From NCBI GenBank assembly GCA_024275415.1, contig JAJRZD010000025.1, forward strand, positions 39,069 to 71,068: DNA of 32,000 bases, given 5' to 3'. The position numbers and the translations under genes were made by a program. Positions 16,189 through 23,949 of this stretch are shown in pieces; the first letter of the stretch is position 1, and the number at the start of each line of letters is the position of its first letter. The stretch is from an archaeon. GTDB taxonomy: Archaea; Asgardarchaeota; Thorarchaeia; Thorarchaeales; Thorarchaeaceae. Below the pieces are notes generated by a model, which was not told where the DNA came from, searched no databases, and saw nothing but the letters and a program-made list of their open reading frames with translations.

Positions 16189-18156
16189 CTACTGTAATCG
16201 TTTCCAGAAAAACACAGTTCCAATCAGGACTGGGAGAAATGCCAGTCCGAAAATCACTAGGAGCGAATTGATTCGTGGATTGTGGTCTAGTCCGTCAGGT
16301 GTGAGATCGAAGTCGTAATCAGGCCGAAGGGGGTCAAGACCTTCAAGAAGCTCTAACTGGTCTCGGAGACCATCGCCATCCGTATCATCGCTCAGTGGAT
16401 TCATGCCTAGAGCAACCTCTTCGACATCAGGCACGCCATCGAAGTCACCATCAGCGGACATTGGATCAGCACCATGTAGATATTCATCGAGATTGGTAAG
16501 AGTGTCATTATCTGGATCCTCAAGGGCGTCGTCTACAAGAGGGTCTGTCAAGAAAGAAACCTCCCAGAAATCGTCCATGCCATCTCGATCGGTGTCTGTG
16601 CTATTTGGAAAAGTGCCCAGTGTGTGTTCACGGATATTAGTAAGCCCATCAGCGTCAAGATCACCGAGCTGGTCATTCCGGAGAGGATCAAGTCCATAGT
16701 CCACTTCATACCCGTCAAGCATAGAATCGTGATCTGTATCACGGATGAAAATGTCAGTTCCTGCAATACGCTCCTCGGTATCAGAAAGACCATCGTGATC
16801 CCAATCTATTGCTGGTACGGGGTCAGGCCACGAATACTGTTGCGAATCAGGAACGTCGTCGCCATCAAAGTCGAATTGATAGTCGAAGACGAGCTGTACC
16901 TGAATAGAGCTGTTCCCCGTGTTCCGGACAAGAGTCCTTCGTGGGCCTATCCCCGGAGATTCCGAGAGAGTCGCAGAAGCGGTCTGACCGGAGAGTGTCA
17001 CGGCATCGATGAGATTGCCCTCATCGTCCTGAAGCTGTATGTCGATACTGGCTGATGCATTGGCAGTCATCTCCACAGATAGGGGAGAACTGATCGACAT
17101 CATCTTCCAATCCACAACGGATTGAAGACTCTCAAGCTCTAAAACAAGCTTCTCGCTCACATCATTCCCATTGCCACTGTAAGAGAGAAAGACAGCCAGA
17201 GACGCGGATGCCTTGGCAAGTGCAAGAACTTTATCGAGACTATAGTCACTGCTATAGATTGATTCGACAGGAGGGTTGTCAGGATCAATAGTATCCCGAC
17301 CTTCAACATGAACTGTGGGGATGCCTTTTGGAAGGTACACGACCTGATCTGAGAGGTCGAAGTCATTCGCAGTAACAGTGAGGATATCTCGACCGTTCCT
17401 GAGAAGAAAGACTCGCAACAGTTCTGCAAGAAAAGATGATTGTCTATAGGGTTCTGTCAAATCCACTCCAGCATAATAACCCTCGTCAGCAAGCATCAGT
17501 CCCTCGAAGTCATAAAGTGCAAGAATATCAATATTATTGTCTATGAGATAATCGGAGATTTCCTCAGCTCCGTAGTACAATGGTACCAAAGTGCCACTAG
17601 GAAGGTAATCGCCGGATTTTGAATAAGATGGAAAACTGAAATACACATCAATTGATAGCCGGTAATTGCTTAATATCTCGGCGATGAGAAGAAGCATTGC
17701 ACATGCTCCGGTATTAAAGTTGAGAGGGTATTCGAAATTAATCTCGGTATCAAGATAAGCTGAAAAGATAATGGCTCTGTCGTCATTTCCAAATCCCTTC
17801 TTGACACCCATAAGCGATTGGTGTTCACCCTCGTACCATGTTTCTACACCAAGAGCTTCAAGCTTTTGTGAGATGTATTCAGCCGCGTCATAATATGCCT
17901 CGGGCTCTGTCAGCATATGTCTGGTCTTGTATTTGTCGATCCCGCTCATATAGGTCACAAGATCCGATGTGAATGCGAGTTCGTTGGGAATATCCCACCA
18001 ATTGAGGTCATTAAAGTAATGAGGTTCAATCACATCCGAGTCTGGTGAACCCGAGTCACCGTTTTGAAACAGAGAGGGGAACACATAAACAGAACCGATG
18101 AGGAATATCACGATGAGTGCAACGAACCCTGTAATTCTTCTGCGAGATACAGACAT
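16189..18156 (-). CDS. Membrane-anchored extracellular protein: degenerate M28/Zn-peptidase-like domain, beta-rich domain, TSP3-like DxDxDG repeats, C-terminal TM
   Basis: N-terminal RRR plus hydrophobic signal/anchor. M28-like spacing AAEYISQKLEALG...IIFSAYLDT...GAEE...SDQ. About 9 DxDxDGxxDxxE repeats, then a C-terminal TM helix and short basic tail. ATG 18156 is preferred over 18243. Confidence 0.7.
   Translation of the reverse strand: MSVSRRRITGFVALIVIFLIGSVYVFPSLFQNGDSGSPDSDVIEPHYFNDLNWWDIPNELAFTSDLVTYMSGIDKYKTRHMLTEPEAYYDAAEYISQKLEALGVETWYEGEHQSLMGVKKGFGNDDRAIIFSAYLDTEINFEYPLNFNTGACAMLLLIAEILSNYRLSIDVYFSFPSYSKSGDYLPSGTLVPLYYGAEEISDYLIDNNIDILALYDFEGLMLADEGYYAGVDLTEPYRQSSFLAELLRVFLLRNGRDILTVTANDFDLSDQVVYLPKGIPTVHVEGRDTIDPDNPPVESIYSSDYSLDKVLALAKASASLAVFLSYSGNGNDVSEKLVLELESLQSVVDWKMMSISSPLSVEMTANASASIDIQLQDDEGNLIDAVTLSGQTASATLSESPGIGPRRTLVRNTGNSSIQVQLVFDYQFDFDGDDVPDSQQYSWPDPVPAIDWDHDGLSDTEERIAGTDIFIRDTDHDSMLDGYEVDYGLDPLRNDQLGDLDADGLTNIREHTLGTFPNSTDTDRDGMDDFWEVSFLTDPLVDDALEDPDNDTLTNLDEYLHGADPMSADGDFDGVPDVEEVALGMNPLSDDTDGDGLRDQLELLEGLDPLRPDYDFDLTPDGLDHNPRINSLLVIFGLAFLPVLIGTVFFWKRLQ
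16285..16875 (-). repeat. Intragenic calcium-binding-type (TSP3-like) repeat array
   Basis: DFDGDDVPD, DWDHDGLSD, DTDHDSMLD, DLDADGLTN, DTDRDGMDD, DPDNDTLTN, DGDFDGVPD, DTDGDGLRD, DYDFDLTPD at about 19-23 aa spacing, often followed by E...G[TL][DN]P. Confidence 0.85.
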
Positions 18157-18389
18157 AGTCCTTACCAAACCTTCGAGTTGGCATGGGGTCGGTTCCAATA
18201 AATAGACAACGGAAGAAGCAATGGTGCACTGGCCCTTAGACATCCCTATTGTGAGGAGATATCTACTGCCATAGATAAATGTTCATAGTCAGTCAGGACC
18301 TGAAAACATATGAACGGATTCATCAACAACGACCACTTTTTATATGCGATTTCAAAACGCAGGAGATAATTTATTCAGGAGTTACAAAG

Positions 18390-19496
18390 ATGTCATATGA
18401 CCGCTGTGTTCGATGTGGCTCATGTCTGAAGATATGCCCCATCTTTGATGCTATGGGAGAGGAACAATACTCGCCACGAGGAAAGACCTATCTCTTGCAG
18501 ATCATGGATCAGATAGAGCAGGATCCAGAGGCAGCCAAGGAGTTTCGCAGGCTGCTGTTCATGTGCACCATGTGTGGGCGGTGCAAGGAAACCTGCTCCT
18601 CTGATGTTGACCTATTGGCTATCTGGCATGAGCAAAGAGGAAAGTCAATACGAGAGCATCCTGATGAGTTCGCATATCTGAAACCGCTGCAGGAAGCTTT
18701 GGAAAATGTCCAGAATATATACGGACTCGATCCAGAGGATAGAGCCATGTTCTGGCTAGATGAACTTGAAGACGAGATTCCGGGACTTGCGGACAAAGTC
18801 TATGAGCCGGGTAAGAAAGCAGAGGTAATGGTGTTCATTGGTTGCTTGATGTCATTCAGGAGTTCACAACTTGATGTCCTTCGGGCATTGCTAACGACAC
18901 TATGGAAAAGTGGCACCGACTATCTGGTCATGGGCGCCGAAGAGTTCTGCTGTGGGCATCCCCTATACCTTATCGGTAATGACGAGGGTGCCATTGAGTT
19001 GCGGAAACACAACAAGGCGGTCATCGAGGATGCAGGTGCAAAGAAAGTCATCACATGCTGCCCTGGCTGCTTGATACAACTCAAGCAGTACCACGATCTT
19101 GGGGATATAGAAGCCCTTCATCACACTCAGTTCTTCGACATGATGTACGATGAACTTCCTACGTACAAGGCTGAGAAACCCTTTGCGTACCATGACCCTT
19201 GTGAACTTCATCGAATCTTAGAAATCAAAAAAGAACCTCGTTCACTCATGGATAAGATGCATGTGGATTATCGGGACATTGAGCCAACCTGTTGCGGTGG
19301 CGGAGGTCTTTTGAGAATAACTGATCCAAATCTGAGTGACATCATCATTCAGATGAGAGCTGCAAGTCAGCACTTGAAGGATACCACTGTTCTCACATGC
19401 TGTCCTTCCTGTAGGGAACAGCTGTTGAGCAACGAACTAAAGACTCGTGATATCATAGAATTGGTATCGGAGATCATTGAAGAGGTGGGTGAATAG
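18390..19496 (+). CDS. (Fe-S)-binding oxidoreductase subunit, GlcF/HdrD-like with two CCG domains
   Basis: Two ferredoxin motifs CVRCGSCLKICP and CTMCGRCKETC; CCG motifs EEFCCG...TCCPGC and YHDPC...TCCGGGG...TCCPSC. ATG 18390 follows AGGAG. Confidence 0.9.
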   Translation: MSYDRCVRCGSCLKICPIFDAMGEEQYSPRGKTYLLQIMDQIEQDPEAAKEFRRLLFMCTMCGRCKETCSSDVDLLAIWHEQRGKSIREHPDEFAYLKPLQEALENVQNIYGLDPEDRAMFWLDELEDEIPGLADKVYEPGKKAEVMVFIGCLMSFRSSQLDVLRALLTTLWKSGTDYLVMGAEEFCCGHPLYLIGNDEGAIELRKHNKAVIEDAGAKKVITCCPGCLIQLKQYHDLGDIEALHHTQFFDMMYDELPTYKAEKPFAYHDPCELHRILEIKKEPRSLMDKMHVDYRDIEPTCCGGGGLLRITDPNLSDIIIQMRAASQHLKDTTVLTCCPSCREQLLSNELKTRDIIELVSEIIEEVGE

Positions 19497-19497
19497 A

Positions 19498-20835
19498 ATG
19501 AAAATACGCGACTATGTGATTGGAGCTAATGCTTCAATGTACTATCGGCTAAATTTCAAGAAGATCAAGGGCGTTTACTATCCGAAATCTGAGCAGGAAC
19601 TCATTGATATTGTGAAGATAGCACGAGAGAAAGGTTACGGAGTGACCCCTAAGGGAGGAGGCTCTGGACTGAGCGGAGCGTGTACCGGCGGTGACAGAGA
19701 ACGGATAATGGTCAGTAGCCTTCGCATGAATCGAGTGCTTACAATCTCAAAAGACCAGAAATATGTCGATGTCCAACCAGGTGCGACTCCCGATGAGATA
19801 AATGCGATGTTGGAACCAATGGGGATGAAGTTCTGGGTTGCCCCGAGTAGCAGGGACATAGCAACAGTGGGAGGCATTCTTAGCACCGATGGAGGAGGAA
19901 ATGACACATGGAGAAATGGGACGATGAGGGACAACACCCTGCGGGTAAGAATGGTCCTATACGATGGTTCCATACTTACGGTAGACTGGAGTGGAGTTAA
20001 ATGTGAGAACAAAAAAATCGAGAAGGCGCTAAACTCAAAGGGCATGACCGTCCACGATGTTGCCGGGTCACATGGGACACTCGGTTTTATCACAGAGATA
20101 AGGGTCAGGATCAATCCAATCCCAAAGCATACTCTTAGTGGTGGTGTAGCACATTATGATGACCTCAATGAGCTAGGCGATGTCTTAGCAAAGATGATCA
20201 ATGAGAAGTGTTCAATCTGGTATGGTGAAGCCATAGCAGAGGCACATCCTGATGTCCGAGGCGATATGAAACCACCATTGCTTATCCTTGAGGTTCCAGA
20301 GGAGAACACTTGCGACCTGAAAGGAATCACCGGATACAAGCCCATCTCTAAAGAAAAGCTACAGCAATACAAAGACACACGAATCAAGCTTCCAAAACGG
20401 AACCCGAATGAAGGAATGCAAGTCGCTCTCTTTGAAGGGTATGGATTCCATGGCACAAGTCTTCGGAAGATGCAAGACTGTGTCAATGAGATCAATGACC
20501 TGTTGAGAAGCCATGACCTTGAACCATTTGCAAAGTATGGGCACGGCCCCAGCAAATGGTATCTTGGCGATAATTCGCCAGCTTATGGCATTGTGTTACA
20601 TTCACGTGAAATCAGGCCTCCTGAAAAGAGCGGACCCGAAGTCTTTGAGGCTGTCAAGGACATTGTGGCATTATGCAAGAAACTTGGTGTGACTCCAAAG
20701 CCCGAGCACAAATGGCCCTTCTCAGATGAAGTGAAGAATGCTCGTCTGAGTGAGATTAGACAAGCACTGGGTGAAGGATTCAACGAATTTCTGCTAGATT
20801 CGAAATGCTATGATGTGCTTGCGTCAATGGTCTAG
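19498..20835 (+). CDS. FAD-binding oxidoreductase, GlcD/Dld (VAO/PCMH) family
   Basis: PKSEQE, PKGGGSGLSGA, VQPG, PSSRDIATVGGILSTDGGG and GSHGTLGFITE. Starts 1 nt after the glcF-like stop codon. Confidence 0.88.
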   Translation: MKIRDYVIGANASMYYRLNFKKIKGVYYPKSEQELIDIVKIAREKGYGVTPKGGGSGLSGACTGGDRERIMVSSLRMNRVLTISKDQKYVDVQPGATPDEINAMLEPMGMKFWVAPSSRDIATVGGILSTDGGGNDTWRNGTMRDNTLRVRMVLYDGSILTVDWSGVKCENKKIEKALNSKGMTVHDVAGSHGTLGFITEIRVRINPIPKHTLSGGVAHYDDLNELGDVLAKMINEKCSIWYGEAIAEAHPDVRGDMKPPLLILEVPEENTCDLKGITGYKPISKEKLQQYKDTRIKLPKRNPNEGMQVALFEGYGFHGTSLRKMQDCVNEINDLLRSHDLEPFAKYGHGPSKWYLGDNSPAYGIVLHSREIRPPEKSGPEVFEAVKDIVALCKKLGVTPKPEHKWPFSDEVKNARLSEIRQALGEGFNEFLLDSKCYDVLASMV

Positions 20836-20907
20836 CATACGACAAGGGCACAGAATACTTTCGGAGAAGTCTCTGTGCCCTTTATATATGGTTCACCAGA
20901 CAAATGT

Positions 20908-22053
20908 ATGATAACGATGAAGAGGGTGGATACGAGCCCAAAGGGCCTCTTCGATCCCTACTATGTCCCAAAGTACCTCTTGCACAGAGATAGGGATCTT
21001 GAAACGATTGATGGAATCTACACTGACTCATATTATGATGAATATGGTGTCAATTGCCTTGTCCATGGGATAACGGGCGTTGGCTCCACCGTGTTCAGTA
21101 GATATTTTCTCACTCGGCTAGTTCCTGAGAGATTCGACGCATATACGATATACTGTGATGTGAAGAACAAGGATCTATTGGAAATCATTTCTGAGTTGAA
21201 TGAGAAGATCCACTATGAAGCCAAGAAACCCGTTACGTTCACCTTTGACCTAGATGTCATGTGGCTGGACTTCAAGCGAACTGCAAGATCAAGCAGTAAA
21301 AGAACAGTCTTCGTGCTTGATAACATCGATGAGCGCAGTGAGGAGGTCTACGCCAAGATAGCCCAACTGTCAAAGGAAATCAACGCGAGCACTATTGGTG
21401 TGCTGAATAGTCACGACTATCGGTTGCTTACAAAAAGTCATGCACGCTCAATGGCATATGATTTTGAGATAGCGCTAGACACGTACACTCAATCTCAGCT
21501 CTACGATATTGTTAGGTTGCGAGTAGAAGAAACATTCTCTCAAGGTCTGACTGACGACATCATCAGATACATCACTGATTGTGTGGTAGAGTTCGATGCG
21601 TCAAAGCCGAAGACATCCATTGAAGCGTTGAGAGTGTTATGGCCCCTTGCAAGGAAAGGAAAAGAGATTGATTCTGATGCAGTACGCGCAGCAACTGCAG
21701 ATATCATCCCCTTCGGACAAGATCAGGATTACTTGGACATCATCGACACCATTAGCATGAATGATTTCATGACATTGATTGTACTGGAATGCCTTGCAGA
21801 ACATCTTATGCGCTTCAAAACTGAAACATATATCGACAGAAATACACTTGACGAGATTGTCCAGATCAAATGCGAAGAACTGGATATCCGCTATGTGATT
21901 GATGATATCTACAGGTCACTTCAGACACTTATTTTTCAAAGCGTCATCTTTGAGTCGAAACACTCGAGGAATCTCCTATACATATTGGTACCACCTGAGA
22001 TCCTTTATGATGCTGCTGTGAGTCTGAGAAGAGAACTCGCACGAAGGAAATGA
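20908..22053 (+). CDS. Cdc6/Orc1-like AAA+ protein with degenerate Walker A and B motifs
   Basis: Orc1/Cdc6 N-terminal signature LFDPYYVPKYLLHR, GITGVGST (Lys absent), FVLDNID (Glu absent), YTQSQLYDIVRLRV lid helix and probable C-terminal winged helix. TTTATATA at 20881 suggests a start at ATG 20908 or 20917. Confidence 0.8.
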   Translation: MITMKRVDTSPKGLFDPYYVPKYLLHRDRDLETIDGIYTDSYYDEYGVNCLVHGITGVGSTVFSRYFLTRLVPERFDAYTIYCDVKNKDLLEIISELNEKIHYEAKKPVTFTFDLDVMWLDFKRTARSSSKRTVFVLDNIDERSEEVYAKIAQLSKEINASTIGVLNSHDYRLLTKSHARSMAYDFEIALDTYTQSQLYDIVRLRVEETFSQGLTDDIIRYITDCVVEFDASKPKTSIEALRVLWPLARKGKEIDSDAVRAATADIIPFGQDQDYLDIIDTISMNDFMTLIVLECLAEHLMRFKTETYIDRNTLDEIVQIKCEELDIRYVIDDIYRSLQTLIFQSVIFESKHSRNLLYILVPPEILYDAAVSLRRELARRK

Positions 22054-22179
22054 GTTCCTAAAAGTCTCTGTCCATGATTCATATCACGGCATAAAGATGC
22101 AATACAAAAATGAGATGATAGTAAAAAAGCGGGAATAGTGTGGATCGTAATACCGACCACACTGGTTCCTCAAGTAAAT

Positions 22180-22620
22180 CTACTCGCCTTTCATGGCTTT
22201 CTTGGCTGCGACCTCTTCTTTGGCCCATGCCTCGATATCTGCACCACCGACGAGGGCAGTGAATTCGCTCATATCGTCGGGCTCAATCACAGCGATCCAG
22301 CCTGCACCATAGGGATCTTCATTTAGAAGGGCAGGGTTATCTTTGAGGGCTTCATTGACCTCAACAAGGGTACCACCGACTGGGGACTTGACTGCGCCGG
22401 TCCATTTACCTGATTCTAGCGTTCCAATGCTCCTACCTGACTTTACGGCCTTGCCAGCAGGACGGAGACGAATGAACTTGATCTTACCAGCTGCATACGC
22501 TCCGAGCTCAGTGATTCCTAGTCGTATCTTCCCGCCTTCATCCTTCAGCCATAGCGAATCGGTTTCGCTACCAAAATAGCGCAAATCGTCGGGAAAATTG
22601 AATTCATCTACCTGTACCAT
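22180..22620 (-). CDS. gcvH: Glycine cleavage system H-like lipoyl-carrier protein
   Basis: RLGITELGAYAAGKI, lipoyl-Lys motif GTLESGKW, SPVGGTLVEVN and NEDPYGAGWI. RBS AGGTGA at 22628-22633. Confidence 0.88.
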   Translation of the reverse strand: MVQVDEFNFPDDLRYFGSETDSLWLKDEGGKIRLGITELGAYAAGKIKFIRLRPAGKAVKSGRSIGTLESGKWTGAVKSPVGGTLVEVNEALKDNPALLNEDPYGAGWIAVIEPDDMSEFTALVGGADIEAWAKEEVAAKKAMKGE

Positions 22621-22656
22621 GGTTCAATCACCTAGTGCGTTTACAGACTACAGCCT

Positions 22657-22672
22657 GTATAAGACCGTTTCG
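22657..22672 (-). promoter_or_regulatory. Putative archaeal BRE/TATA promoter of gcvH-like gene
   Basis: Minus strand reads CGAAACGGTCTTATAC (purine-rich BRE-like followed by TTATA), about 37 nt upstream of the start codon. Confidence 0.4.
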
Positions 22673-22819
22673 GAAAAATGTTCCTTGCCAAATAATGCAG
22701 TAATTTGAAGAGAAGACGCTGATTAATAATGGGTTCTTTCACAAAAATGAAAATCTTATCATTGTTTGTTGTTCAAAAGTGTGATTTGTATTACAGTACC
22801 GAAGAATAGAACCCCATGA

Positions 22820-23023
22820 TTAGTCTGTATTGTCCCCATTCATCAGTTTCTGGAGGTCTTCCAGTTCATCTACGGTCACCTCAACATATACGGAGCCCGA
22901 GTACCCACAGGACTCCTCTTCACAGTAATATGTCGTAGGAACCAGCCAGCCACCAACGGAACTCGCCGAGCGGATGTTTGGGCTACCACATTTGGGACAG
23001 ACACGAATCAGCTGTTGTTTCAA
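22820..23023 (-). CDS. Small zinc-ribbon protein
   Basis: CPKCGS...YYCEEESCGY (CxxC plus CxxxxC). TTG 23023 follows GGAGG. Confidence 0.7.
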   Translation of the reverse strand: MKQQLIRVCPKCGSPNIRSASSVGGWLVPTTYYCEEESCGYSGSVYVEVTVDELEDLQKLMNGDNTD

Positions 23024-23205
23024 TATGTTGCCTCCCAGCAAACGGCATTTCTACGTTCTCGCTTCAACTTAAAAACTACCTGCCATGTCCTTTTTGGATT
23101 GGTGGTGGTTATTAGTGGCGCGCAATACATAGAGATGAGATGAGGAAAGCCAAACCCAATCTTACCACAGGATTCCATACTGCAGACCAGATAGTCAGAG
23201 TGAGG

Positions 23206-23904
23206 ATGAGCACTGGGATAACTGTAATTGATGAGCTACTGGGGGGAGGGATTGAGAGTGGGCTCATTCATCTATTCTATGGTGATAAGAGTTTGTACAG
23301 TGATATCCTGAAGATTGCAGTCCACGCACAGATCCCAGAAGATAGAGGAGGACTTGGAAGCCCAACAATCATTATCGACAGTGCGAACATCCTGAAAATT
23401 GAAGAACTGACCGACAATTCTTTCGAGTTCGAGCTGGAACCGGAGGAGGTGATGGACAGCATATACATCACCCGAGCATTCAGCTCGTCTCAAACATACG
23501 ACCTAATCATGAATCATCTGGATGGCTTCTTCAAACGTGTACCTGCACGGGTTCTCATGGTAACGGGGCTGCCAGACCTGTACATCAAAGAGGGCATTAC
23601 CTCAGAGGGAACACAGCAAATCACACATATGATCACAAAATTGATGACATTCACGCTGGGAAGAAGAATATTCACCATAGTCACTGCACCGCTGTCAAAG
23701 AAGTCGCAGTTTCTACCGGCTGGCGGGACTGCATTGGCAAGTTGCACGCAGGTACACATTCATGTGAACGAGAGGAGGTCGTACGTTAGATATACGCTTG
23801 CCAAGCATCCCAGTTTACAAGTCAGGCGAACCTCAAGATCAAAGATGGCAGATTTTGGGACGACACCACCTCTATCGTATTTCTTGAAACCCGAAGACCA
23901 ATGA
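23206..23904 (+). CDS. Inactivated RadA/Rad51-like (RecA-fold) protein lacking the N-terminal domain
   Basis: STGITVIDELLGGGIESGLIHLFYG; AQIPEDRGGLGSPTIIIDS; EEVMDSIYITRAFS all match the RadA core. The P-loop reads GDKSLYSD and Walker B reads LMVTG. ATG 23206 follows GAGTGAGG. Confidence 0.78.
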   Translation: MSTGITVIDELLGGGIESGLIHLFYGDKSLYSDILKIAVHAQIPEDRGGLGSPTIIIDSANILKIEELTDNSFEFELEPEEVMDSIYITRAFSSSQTYDLIMNHLDGFFKRVPARVLMVTGLPDLYIKEGITSEGTQQITHMITKLMTFTLGRRIFTIVTAPLSKKSQFLPAGGTALASCTQVHIHVNERRSYVRYTLAKHPSLQVRRTSRSKMADFGTTPPLSYFLKPEDQ

Positions 23905-23909
23905 CCCAG

Positions 23910-23942
23910 AAAAAAGAGAGGAGTGACTTGGCGGTCACTCCC
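23910..23942 (-). terminator. Hairpin plus U-tract terminator for the giant surface-protein gene
   Basis: Perfect 8-bp stem GGAGTGAC-ttggcg-GTCACTCC (23921-23942), followed on the minus strand by TCTCTTTTTTT, 7 nt after the stop codon. Confidence 0.55.
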
Positions 23943-23949
23943 ACTCAGT

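Noticed and set aside
22054-22819. Replication origin next to the cdc6/orc1-like gene
   Set aside because: The intergenic stretches 22054-22179 and 22621-22819 are AT-rich, but I see no repeated ORB/mini-ORB (TCCA...GAAAC plus G-string) elements, and the Cdc6 paralog is ATPase-degenerate.
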